The translations under genes were made by a program, and so were the position numbers. A stretch of DNA of 15,996 bases. Source: Elainellaceae cyanobacterium (lineage in GTDB: Bacteria > Cyanobacteriota > Cyanobacteriia > CAZCXK01). The stretch is taken from the NCBI GenBank assembly GCA_051117555.1, contig JBNPEG010000250.1:1-15996 (forward strand). The letters are read 5' to 3'. This document shows positions 7,666 to 15,996 of the stretch, piece by piece. Positions within the stretch are counted from its first letter, which is position 1, and the number at the start of each line of letters is the position of its first letter. The notes under the pieces are model-generated. The model was given only the letters and a program-made list of their open reading frames with translations. It did no database searches and was not told the origin of the DNA.

Positions 7666-8832
7666 TTACTCGGAAGCGAGGCGTCTCTGTGAGCTAATGT
7701 CGCGCACCAGTTTCAAATCATTAGAATTTTTACTTACCCACGCCTGGCGATCGCGGCGATTTTGGCCTAAATGAACATCGATCGTATCAGGAGTCACCCA
7801 GACGCCAAAGTCGGGAGGAACATTCATGTGAGGGTCGCCAAATAGCCGATCGATTACTAAATCGCCCGTTTCTTTGCGATAGTGGGAGCTGTCCCAGTAA
7901 TAGTGCATGTGATCACTGATAGGCTCAGTGGTCACGGTGGTGTAACCGGAAAAATCCCATACGGGGGTCATTTGGACAACGTCGCGTTTCCAATCTTCAA
8001 ATTGCTCCCATAATCCGGCATCGTGTAGGGTTTCCCATTGGGTGGCATGGGATGGGGACATAAAAATTTTCAGATCGATGCCGCGATCGCGGCACAGGTC
8101 GACGACGGCTTTTAGGTGACGCAGTTGCTCGTCTGAGCGGGCGTATCGCTTATAATATCCATCCGAGTTGAGATAGCCCTGCATACTCTCCTTAAAACGC
8201 TCTTCTGCGGAGCCTTTAGGTTCATTTTGGTGGATATAGCGCATCCCGTCATCCCGGTAGAGATAGTATGCATCCGACTTCAAACTGGCGCGTACGGTTT
8301 TGTAGCTCGAGGTCAAGGCGTCGACTGAGAGAGTCACGTTAAGTAGATCAGGCATGGAGACGTGATGACGCCCCAAGCGACTGGCGACAAAATCTGACTC
8401 GTCTTGCTTATAGGCATTAAACATAAAGAAATCGATGCCCAGCACGACTGTTTTGAGATCGGGCTGATTGGCGATCGCATGGTCAAGATAGCGCCTGACT
8501 TCGTGCATATTCGGGCCGACAAGCCCCAGGTTATACGCCTGTCGAGCGCTATCAAACATAGGATGCTGGGGGTCAAGACCGAGATCGGTGCGGGAGGAGC
8601 CCATGAGTACGACGTCTGGGCGATGATGAATGACACCAGCCGCCTTAAACAATCGAACGTTATTGAATTGCTGAGGTTTAAGCTGGTTGATCTGAGAGCG
8701 CATTGGGACGTTGATTACGCCATAGGGATCAATGGCCGCATTAACTAACCCAGCACCGAATAGTGCGGATAGAGCGATCGCCACAAACTTTAGATTAAAG
8801 TGCTGATAGGGACGTAGGTCAGTGTGAGCCAC
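7666..8832 (-). CDS. Membrane-anchored SGNH-like protein, MBOAT partner (DltD/AlgJ-like role)
   Basis: N-terminal TM segment followed by IDPYG, block-I-like VVLMGSSRT, YNLGLVG and a C-terminal DxxH (DSSHY). It starts 13 bp downstream of the MBOAT gene with a GTG start. Confidence 0.7.
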   Translation of the reverse strand: MAHTDLRPYQHFNLKFVAIALSALFGAGLVNAAIDPYGVINVPMRSQINQLKPQQFNNVRLFKAAGVIHHRPDVVLMGSSRTDLGLDPQHPMFDSARQAYNLGLVGPNMHEVRRYLDHAIANQPDLKTVVLGIDFFMFNAYKQDESDFVASRLGRHHVSMPDLLNVTLSVDALTSSYKTVRASLKSDAYYLYRDDGMRYIHQNEPKGSAEERFKESMQGYLNSDGYYKRYARSDEQLRHLKAVVDLCRDRGIDLKIFMSPSHATQWETLHDAGLWEQFEDWKRDVVQMTPVWDFSGYTTVTTEPISDHMHYYWDSSHYRKETGDLVIDRLFGDPHMNVPPDFGVWVTPDTIDVHLGQNRRDRQAWVSKNSNDLKLVRDISSQRRLASE

Positions 8833-8845
8833 GGTTCATTCGCCT

Positions 8846-10318
8846 CTAAAACTGGAAATAAAGAAATTCAGAGACCTGATTCAGTGACAGCAAACAGCCT
8901 GCCGCCACTCCACCTCCTGCCACTGCCCACCACCAATTGGGCTTAAACTGCTCAACGATCTGCTGACTATTAGGCAACCCAATGACAGCAACTAGCAACC
9001 CGCCCAGCATGAGCAGGTATTGCTTGTAGTTGGCTGGTAGATAGGCAAACTCAGTCCAACTTTGAAACTGAACGCCGACGGATTCAAGCCCCGGGGCGAT
9101 CGCCTGAAAATCTTGAAGTAACACAATCCCGTTCATGCCCGCCATCGTCATCAACATGTCAATCGCATCGGCTAGATTGGCGGCTCGAAAGACGACCCAA
9201 CTGGCAAGAATCGCCAAAAATGTGATCCCCCATCCCAGCCATGCCGGGCAACGAATACCGATTTTTCGCCATGTATGATTGACTACCAAAAATCCACCGT
9301 GCAGCCCGCCCCATAACACGTAAGTCCATCCGGCACCATGCCACAATCCACCCAGCAGCATGGTCATGAAAAGGTTGCCGTATTGCCGAGTTTTTCCCAA
9401 TCGATTGCCACCCAGGGGAATATAGAGATAGTCGCGCAGAAAATGGGATAGGGTAATGTGCCAGCGTCGCCAAAAATCGATTATCGAGGTCGATTTATAG
9501 GGGGAATTGAAGTTAATCGGAAGATGAATATTGAACATCAGCCCCAGGGCGATCGCCATATCTGAATAGCCCGAAAAATCGAAGTAAAGCTGTAACGTAT
9601 AGCTCAACGACCCAATCCAGGCTTCAGTAAACCCCACATCACCTGCATGATCAAACACGAGTGCAACCGTTGGGGATAGCCGATCTGCAATCAGCACCTT
9701 TTTCGCTAATCCAATCGTAAACAGGAGTAATCCTAGCGCAATATTTTGGTGAGAAAAGACAAAATTTTTGAGTGACTTAAATTGAGGAATCAGCTCGTTA
9801 TGACGAAGGATGGGTCCCGCAATCAACTGAGGAAAAAACGTGACAAATAGGCAATACGACAAAAAATCATACTGCTGATCGCGAGTTTCGCCCTTATATG
9901 CATCCACCAAATAGGCAATCTGGGTAAAACTATAGAACGAAATTGCCAGCGGTAACATAATCGATGGCGCTGGCAATTCTAGATTAAAGAGATGATTGAA
10001 CGACTCTAAAAAGAACTCGGCATACTTGTAGTAGCCCAGAATGATTAGGTTAAACGCAATACCAGCCCATAATAAAAGCTTGGCATGACTACCTTTTAAC
10101 GCCGAGATTTGAATGAAATGCCCGAAGCAATAATTACCCGCTGTTGATAGTAACAGCAATGGCAAGTATGCCGGATTCCAATAGCTGTAAAAGAACAGGG
10201 ATGCAAGCAACAGCCAGATCATAGCGGCCCGCATCCAGTTCAACCGAGCCATGCCAAAAAAGATGGCTAAGGTAACAGGCAAGAAGCAAAAAATGAATTC
10301 GTACGAGTTAAATAACAC
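8846..10318 (-). CDS. MBOAT family O-acyltransferase (AlgI/PatA/DltB-like)
   Basis: MLFNS start, LPLAISFYSFTQIAYLVD, FFPQLIAGPI, YFDFSGYSDMA, FWRRWHITLS, GLWHGA with the catalytic His, and C-terminal FLYFQF. Confidence 0.95.
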   Translation of the reverse strand: MLFNSYEFIFCFLPVTLAIFFGMARLNWMRAAMIWLLLASLFFYSYWNPAYLPLLLLSTAGNYCFGHFIQISALKGSHAKLLLWAGIAFNLIILGYYKYAEFFLESFNHLFNLELPAPSIMLPLAISFYSFTQIAYLVDAYKGETRDQQYDFLSYCLFVTFFPQLIAGPILRHNELIPQFKSLKNFVFSHQNIALGLLLFTIGLAKKVLIADRLSPTVALVFDHAGDVGFTEAWIGSLSYTLQLYFDFSGYSDMAIALGLMFNIHLPINFNSPYKSTSIIDFWRRWHITLSHFLRDYLYIPLGGNRLGKTRQYGNLFMTMLLGGLWHGAGWTYVLWGGLHGGFLVVNHTWRKIGIRCPAWLGWGITFLAILASWVVFRAANLADAIDMLMTMAGMNGIVLLQDFQAIAPGLESVGVQFQSWTEFAYLPANYKQYLLMLGGLLVAVIGLPNSQQIVEQFKPNWWWAVAGGGVAAGCLLSLNQVSEFLYFQF

Positions 10319-10422
10319 GGCTCTACCCTGACCTAATGATTCAAGAGTTGACCATCCATTCAGATTCCGACATGGTGTTCACTACTAGCCGAATTCCTAG
10401 CCTCACTCCTCACCCGTGTTAA

Positions 10423-12396
10423 TCACACCGCAACAAACGACGATGATGTTAGGGTCGACGCCTGCACATTATTCAGGACAGCAAACAAATTGCCCCCTGC
10501 ATTTAGCAACGTATTTGTCGCACTTTGAACAATCGAAACCTGATTCAAGGAAAGCCCTCCAGTCAAGCCGACAAAATCTTGACCTATCGTAAAGTCGGTA
10601 ATAATATCGGTGCCCTCATTAGGGGCAAAGACAAACATATCGTTGCCAAAGTTTCCAAACATCACATCATTGCCCCTGCCGCCCCGCAGAATGTTGTTCC
10701 CGATATCTCCAATCAGCGTGTCATTGTAATCAGACCCGACGACATGCTCAATTCCGGTCAGGGTATCCGTGCCCGATGTTGCAGCGAGAATGGAATTAAA
10801 CCAAACATCCGCGATTTTGTCATATCCGCTTGGGTCTAAGTGAAAGCCATCCGGTTGATAGTCGGTGCTTTGACTCAGCCCAGGCGTGTTGAAGATATCT
10901 ACAAAGAAGACCTTCTCGCCCGCTGCTACCCTCGGCGCAATGATTTCACCAGAAATACGGCTGCTAAACTGCTGAGTCTTACTCTGTACCGTGGGATTGG
11001 CAAAGTTAGGAATGGGAGAGGCGACTAGCACATAGGCATTCGGTTGGTCGGCAAGAATTCGGTTAACCAAAACTCCCAATTCATTAATCATGGTATCCAC
11101 GGTGTCGCTGCTAAACGCGTCGTTAGTGCCCGCCATTAAAAGCACCACATTTGGATTCCCATTTAGCGCCACTTCAATATTTTGATAATTGGGAGGCGTG
11201 GTTCCGGGAGGCTGCGGAAAGTTACTGCCTCCACCATCAGTGAGTTGGTCAATGGTGAACCCACCTCGTCCTTCATGATCGCGATCAATGTCGCCTGGCC
11301 CACTTGCAAGTCGACCAATGAAGTCGATTTGGAAGCCTTGAGTATTCAAATCGCGCCATAGCTTAGTGCGATATCCACCATTACCTGACTGATTTGGGAA
11401 ACCACGGGTATTAGAGTCACCCAGCGGCAAAAATTCAATGTCTGAACTGGATACCGGGAAGGATTTAGTGGCCGTATTATTTCTCAAATCGACGGTGACG
11501 CTGCCGAGCACATCGGCATAACTAATCGTATCGATGCCTAGCCCACCGTTGAAGCTGTCGCTGCCCGCGCTGGCAATAAACAGCTCATTTCGTGCATCAC
11601 CGACAATAATATTATTAGTTGCCGTGCTTTCCAATGTCCGACCTGCGGGGGGATTAGCAGGAGGCTGAGGGGATGGTGGTGGCGGGGGTGGCGGCGGCGG
11701 CAGGGGTGGCGGTGGCGGGGTCGGATCTTGCACGTTCACCGTAAACTGACCGATATTGCGTCGCCTAGCAAACTTACCATCGTCGTCTTTGACTTGCCGA
11801 CGACGCAGGATGATTTTGTACGTGCCATTATCATCAGACTCCCATCCATTTGCCGGAGGCTCGATCCGATACGTCGCGACAGCCCGTCGCCCCCTACGCC
11901 GTCTCCGAACTCTGACCAATTCGGCACGCGTGCGAAGCCCAGGCCCCATGATTTTGATGTCATTGGAGCCGATACTTGAAAAATCAATGCCATCGCTGTC
12001 GTTGTAGACCACTTTGATGTTGCGAGCGATATTACCAGGTTCTCGAATATTTCGGGCACGCTTTAGCTTCGCAGTCGGGCGGGCATTTGGCATATTGGTT
12101 CTAGGAGCTCTAGGCTGAACTGGATCAAGAGAACTATTATCTGCATCAGTGGTCAACCAGTTTAGTGGGATGACGCTGCGATCGCCCGTTTCAATCACGC
12201 CCTCAATCGGTGAGGCTACCGCGCCATCATCTGTTGGAGAGATGCGAGCACTCGACTGGGATGAAGACGTTGATCGGGTGTTAGGCGACTGGTTGTTTGG
12301 GTAGTCGATCAAATCAGGATAGAGAATTGACGCGCGATCGCCCATGCCGGTCAGATCGTCGTTCCATATATCGCTATCTAGCGGTTGAAACCCCAT
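10423..12396 (-). CDS. Secreted RTX-type Ca-binding protein with SGNH/GDSL hydrolase domain, Arg-rich beta module and poly-Pro linker
   Basis: SGNH blocks GDSNT, GRGGFT, AGTND and DGFH. RTX-like GGLGID and GGRGND repeats, and a C-terminal DIITDF...F tail typical of type I secretion substrates. No obvious N-terminal signal peptide. Confidence 0.8.
   Translation of the reverse strand: MGFQPLDSDIWNDDLTGMGDRASILYPDLIDYPNNQSPNTRSTSSSQSSARISPTDDGAVASPIEGVIETGDRSVIPLNWLTTDADNSSLDPVQPRAPRTNMPNARPTAKLKRARNIREPGNIARNIKVVYNDSDGIDFSSIGSNDIKIMGPGLRTRAELVRVRRRRRGRRAVATYRIEPPANGWESDDNGTYKIILRRRQVKDDDGKFARRRNIGQFTVNVQDPTPPPPPLPPPPPPPPPSPQPPANPPAGRTLESTATNNIIVGDARNELFIASAGSDSFNGGLGIDTISYADVLGSVTVDLRNNTATKSFPVSSSDIEFLPLGDSNTRGFPNQSGNGGYRTKLWRDLNTQGFQIDFIGRLASGPGDIDRDHEGRGGFTIDQLTDGGGSNFPQPPGTTPPNYQNIEVALNGNPNVVLLMAGTNDAFSSDTVDTMINELGVLVNRILADQPNAYVLVASPIPNFANPTVQSKTQQFSSRISGEIIAPRVAAGEKVFFVDIFNTPGLSQSTDYQPDGFHLDPSGYDKIADVWFNSILAATSGTDTLTGIEHVVGSDYNDTLIGDIGNNILRGGRGNDVMFGNFGNDMFVFAPNEGTDIITDFTIGQDFVGLTGGLSLNQVSIVQSATNTLLNAGGNLFAVLNNVQASTLTSSSFVAV
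11647..11724 (-). repeat. Proline-rich low-complexity linker
   Basis: Encodes PTPPPPPLPPPPPPPPPSPQPPANPP; G-rich on the + strand. Confidence 0.9.
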
Positions 12397-12653
12397 AAAA
12401 ATTGACCTAAGTGTAACCTACTTAAACTGCAAGCTCGTGCGCATATCCACATATACCGCCTAGCTTTTCAGAGAGTATCGGATGTTTGGGGAGAATCGCT
12501 ATCGTCTAAGGATATCTTCAATCAGGATTTAATCAATTGGGTCTAAATCTGTGAGAATATAAATTCCCAATGAAGGGGTGAAACCCGATGCCGATTCGAG
12601 CGTCTGTATCGAGATTTTATCGGGAAGATTCTTAAGAAAAGGGGCGTGATCGA

Positions 12654-13517
12654 GTGTTTGCTGACCTACATACCGTGCCAAAGCCGGTGGACGAGGGCTG
12701 GAATGGAACGTTGCACTTGGTATTCGACCATCGGCAAACTGGAACTCATCTTCAGCACAGCCGTGTTCAAGCACCTCTAAAATTTCAGCGTCCGTTTTAT
12801 CCGGAAGGGGCTGATGTGTGTCACGGTGTGGTTTTGCACACAGCCGGAGGGGTGGTTGGGGGCGATCGCCTCGCTATCACTGTTACCGTCAACTCCAACG
12901 CTCATGCCCTTCTCACCACTGCCGCAGCCGCCAAGATCTATCGAAGTTTGGGGGCAACGTCTCGCCATCATGTCCAGATCTCGGTAGCGGAGGGGGGCTG
13001 CTTAGAGTGGCTACCCCAAGAAACAATTTTGTTTAACAATGCTCGATATCACCAGACAACCCGGATTGATTTAGCAGCCAATGCGGTGTGGATTGGATGG
13101 GACATTACTCGACTTGGACGCAGCGCACGAGGCGAAACATTTCAGTCGGGCGACTGGCGATCGCACACCGAGGTATGGCAAAACGGGATGCCGGTTTGGA
13201 TTGATCCGCAGTGGGTGCAGGGTGGCAGCGAGATGCTCGATAGCCCCCATGGACTAGACGGCTACCCTGTGATCGGTAGCTTTGCGCTCGTCGGGCGATC
13301 GGTAACGTCAGAGCAGGTCGAACACATTCGAACCCTGGGGAAACTCTGTGGCGATCGCGCCGATGTGGGTGTCACTCGCCTGATGAACGGACTATTGTGT
13401 CGCTATCGCGGTTCCTCCACTGCCAAGGCCCGTCAATGGTTCATCGCAGCCTGGGATGTGATGCGACAGGCTTACTTAAACCGCCCGAGTTGTCCGCCCC
13501 GGGCATGGCTCGTCTGA
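12654..13517 (+). CDS. ureD: Urease accessory protein UreD
   Basis: W.G.L.L.F, QAPLKFQRPFYPEG, LHTAGGVVGGDRL, LTTAAAAKIYRS, LEWLPQETILF, LGRSARGE and C-terminal PRAW. GTG start, exact position uncertain. Confidence 0.93.
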   Translation: MFADLHTVPKPVDEGWNGTLHLVFDHRQTGTHLQHSRVQAPLKFQRPFYPEGADVCHGVVLHTAGGVVGGDRLAITVTVNSNAHALLTTAAAAKIYRSLGATSRHHVQISVAEGGCLEWLPQETILFNNARYHQTTRIDLAANAVWIGWDITRLGRSARGETFQSGDWRSHTEVWQNGMPVWIDPQWVQGGSEMLDSPHGLDGYPVIGSFALVGRSVTSEQVEHIRTLGKLCGDRADVGVTRLMNGLLCRYRGSSTAKARQWFIAAWDVMRQAYLNRPSCPPRAWLV

Positions 13518-13610
13518 TCGCGAAAAATGCACAGGTTTGAACTTGAGGAAGAGTCAGAACGAATTTGATTCATGCGATAGTTGGAATGATGACGCGCAGG
13601 TTTCTTGGAT

Positions 13611-13901
13611 ATGGCGACCATTAATATCCAATCTGAATCGCAGCAAAATGGTAGCTGGCTGTACAATGTCGTTTTAGACGATCGCGGAACAACGCATCAA
13701 TACACCGTGACGCTGAACTCGTCTGAATATGAATCGTGGGCGCGAAATCAGGCTAAGCCGTCGGATGTCATCAAGGCAGCATTTGAATTTTTGCTGGAGC
13801 GAGAACCTGCATCCTCTATCATGTCGAGTTTCGATTGCTCAGTCATTCGCCGATATTTCCCCGATGTCGATCGTGAACTGCCTAAGAAATTGTCGGCGTA
13901 A
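13611..13901 (+). CDS. Conserved hypothetical protein (96 aa)
   Basis: ATG at 13611. The C-terminal FEFLLEREPASSIMSSF...VIRRYFP resembles a motif I recall in small uncharacterised proteins; function unknown. Confidence 0.7.
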   Translation: MATINIQSESQQNGSWLYNVVLDDRGTTHQYTVTLNSSEYESWARNQAKPSDVIKAAFEFLLEREPASSIMSSFDCSVIRRYFPDVDRELPKKLSA

Positions 13902-14063
13902 CATTCAAAGCGTCTTAGGAATCGCGTCAATCTTCTTGAGATTTACGTCTAATTTTAAACGCCCTTGCCCCGTTTCTATGGGCTTCGCTCTGATTTCTTG
14001 ATACAACACTGTTAGGACCGCCATTATTTTTCTATAGCGATCCTAAATCGCTCGTAAATTGTG

Positions 14064-14134
14064 TGTGAGCGGTGGAATTTAATTCTGCTATTCTTGAGGA
14101 TTTGTGAGCGGTGGAATTTAATTCTGCTATTCTT
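14064..14134. repeat. Perfect 32-bp direct repeat with 39-bp period
   Basis: TGTGAGCGGTGGAATTTAATTCTGCTATTCTT at 14064-14095 and 14103-14134, separated by GAGGATT. Confidence 0.92.
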
Positions 14135-14460
14135 TAGAACTAAGGAAAAATAACGGGTGCATTTCTCTGGACTAGAACGGATTGTTTTGGGTGCATCCCC
14201 TATGCCTATCGATTTTCTAAACAACTGAATTTGAATAAAGCGACCAGATTCAGCTAAATAAAGTGTCTGATTGACTCCCATTTCCCAATCGCTGATATCA
14301 ATTGGCGGAATTATGGGAAGCCAATTGATGAAATATCATGGATTGCGAGAAGGTTGGCAGGGAGTGAGATGTCTTTCATCGGATTGAATGCATCTGCCTG
14401 GCATGGGGAATGATCGCTACTTCGATATGAAGTATTGCCCATCTTCTATAAATTCTATTC

Positions 14461-15921
14461 ATGATGCGGATTGCACCACCTAAGACTCCTGATCAGCCCG
14501 TGTTGATCGACCATCGGCAAGCTTGGCTGCCCATTTCTTTAATTCTGCTGGTTGCGATCGCCCTTTACCTCTATAAGATTGGCTCTTATCCCCTCGGAAC
14601 TGACGAACTCTATAGCGTATACGATGCCAAAGAACTCACGCTACTTCACTATCGCCCCCTATATTTTTTACTTCTACATGGCTGGATCAACGTCAGTGAC
14701 TACGAAGGGTGGTTGAGAGGGTTGGCTGCTCTATTTGGGCTCGGCACGATCGCGTTGACCTATCAACTAGGGTGTTATTTAATTGGCCGTCCGGTCGGAT
14801 TAGTCGCAGCGCTAGTCATCACTCTATCCCCAATATTCATTGACTACAGCCAAGCGGTCAGAATGTATTCTCTGGGGAACTTTCTGAGCTTAGCCGGTAC
14901 GCTAGCACTCACCTATGCGCTTCATCGCCCTTCAACTAAGACGATCGCAGGATGGGCGATCGCCCGGTTATTGATGATTCTCACGATTCCTCTAAGCGTT
15001 ACGCTGTTTCTAGCGGACGGCCTAGTGATTTATGTGCGGTTTCGCCATCGGCGCTCAATTATAGTTCAATTTGGCAGATGGTTACTTGGAGTTAGTGCCG
15101 CGTGGCTACCATTTGCGATCGCCCTGGTGAGCATGAAGTCGTATTACGAAAGTAGTTGGGGCAATGATATTCAACCTCCTAGCTTGATGCATCTAGTCCG
15201 CCAACTCAAATTCCATACCTTTTGGCATTTTCGAGTGGCTTCGAATCCGATCGTCGCTGAACTGCATCGCATTTTGACAGCTCTTCTAGGGGTGTTGATT
15301 GGTATCGCCTTGGTTAAGAAGCATCGTTCGCCTTCTCTACGTTGGCTAGCAGCCTGGATGCTATTACCCGCCATCACCTTGGCAGCGATCGCGAGTGTTT
15401 CTAGCTTAACCTTGCTCACTCGCTATCTAATGTTTTTAAGCCCTTATATGATCTTGCTCATCGCCGCAGGCTTTAAACATGTATGGGACTTGCAGCGCGG
15501 CATAGCGGTGGCGATCGCATGCACCTATCTGATCGCCACTAGTAGCGGAGTCTATCACTACTACACGCACCTCGACAATGGGGTCGATTGGCGGGGTGCC
15601 AATCAGGTGATTCAAATGAATGAGCAGCCCAATGATGCGATCGCTGTTGCCATTCCCCACGGTCGCGTTGCCCCCTTTATCAGCCACTACTATGATGGAA
15701 CGGCTCCTATCTACGAAATACCCCTGCCACGCGGTGCCGATACTGCATCGTTGAACCAGTTTGTAGACGCATTACCCCCATCATCCTCCCGCATCTGGCT
15801 ACTGTTTAGAAAGCCGAGTCGTTTTCAAATAGAATCGCTTCAAACCGCACTGACGCAAATATTTCACGTTCAATCGAGCCAGTTTAAAGGGGGGATTCAT
15901 GTCTTTCTCCTTGAATCTTGA
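14461..15921 (+). CDS. GT-C fold membrane glycosyltransferase (family 39 / PMT-ArnT-like)
   Basis: DE motif after TM1 (GTDELYS), PLYFLLLHGW, SQAVRMYSL, multiple TM helices, RY motif, DWRG and a soluble C-terminal domain. Confidence 0.85.
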   Translation: MMRIAPPKTPDQPVLIDHRQAWLPISLILLVAIALYLYKIGSYPLGTDELYSVYDAKELTLLHYRPLYFLLLHGWINVSDYEGWLRGLAALFGLGTIALTYQLGCYLIGRPVGLVAALVITLSPIFIDYSQAVRMYSLGNFLSLAGTLALTYALHRPSTKTIAGWAIARLLMILTIPLSVTLFLADGLVIYVRFRHRRSIIVQFGRWLLGVSAAWLPFAIALVSMKSYYESSWGNDIQPPSLMHLVRQLKFHTFWHFRVASNPIVAELHRILTALLGVLIGIALVKKHRSPSLRWLAAWMLLPAITLAAIASVSSLTLLTRYLMFLSPYMILLIAAGFKHVWDLQRGIAVAIACTYLIATSSGVYHYYTHLDNGVDWRGANQVIQMNEQPNDAIAVAIPHGRVAPFISHYYDGTAPIYEIPLPRGADTASLNQFVDALPPSSSRIWLLFRKPSRFQIESLQTALTQIFHVQSSQFKGGIHVFLLES

Positions 15922-15996
15922 TTGATGGTGGCAATAGATAGAAGAGAAGGGAGCGCGATCGCCTGAAACTACAACTAGTTGACGGGCTGCGAATGA

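Larger units (their letters stand above)
796..15962. repeat. HIP1 octamer GCGATCGC, dispersed (about 30 copies by eye)
   Basis: Examples at 796, 976, 1344, 1801, 1958, 1984, 2039, 2100, 3531, 5141, 13351 and 15511. This is a hallmark of cyanobacterial genomes. Confidence 0.93.

Noticed and set aside
14057..14120. Resemblance to the lac operator or vector sequence (TTGTGAGCGG)
   Set aside because: Only about 10 bp match; the ATAACAATT half is absent and there is no other vector sequence.
14064..14134. Mini CRISPR array
   Set aside because: Only two copies with a 7-bp gap, far too short for a spacer, and no cas genes in the window. It fits a tandem duplication better.
14024..14281. 85-aa minus-strand ORF containing a repeated LKNSRIKFHRS
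   Set aside because: The peptide repeat follows trivially from a perfect 39-bp-period DNA duplication. There is no synonymous divergence within the 32-bp unit and no recognisable family.

Overview
Cyanobacterial chromosomal window: it has about 30 HIP1 GCGATCGC octamers by eye and the photosynthesis genes psbV, psbV2 and petE. Most of it is housekeeping: coaX, an alpha/beta hydrolase, a NUDIX hydrolase, psbV-psbV2-petE, pnp, a stand-alone ureD, a conserved hypothetical gene and a GT-C (family 39-like) glycosyltransferase. Two parts stand out. (1) At the left edge, a 75-aa ORF (329..556) has a double-glycine leader followed by three tandem 16-aa repeats. The repeats resemble the leader itself and carry mostly synonymous changes. 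The gene is preceded by an AT-rich region with an extended -10 element, inverted repeats and a 16-bp tandem triplet. This is a candidate precursor of an uncharacterised RiPP or secreted peptide, with no maturase in the window. (2) A minus-strand three-gene cluster (7666..12396) encodes an RTX-type secreted protein with an inserted SGNH esterase domain, an AlgI-like MBOAT and an SGNH-like partner. It is a candidate extracellular polymer acylation/de-acylation system. All calls come from motif recognition by eye; no searches were run.
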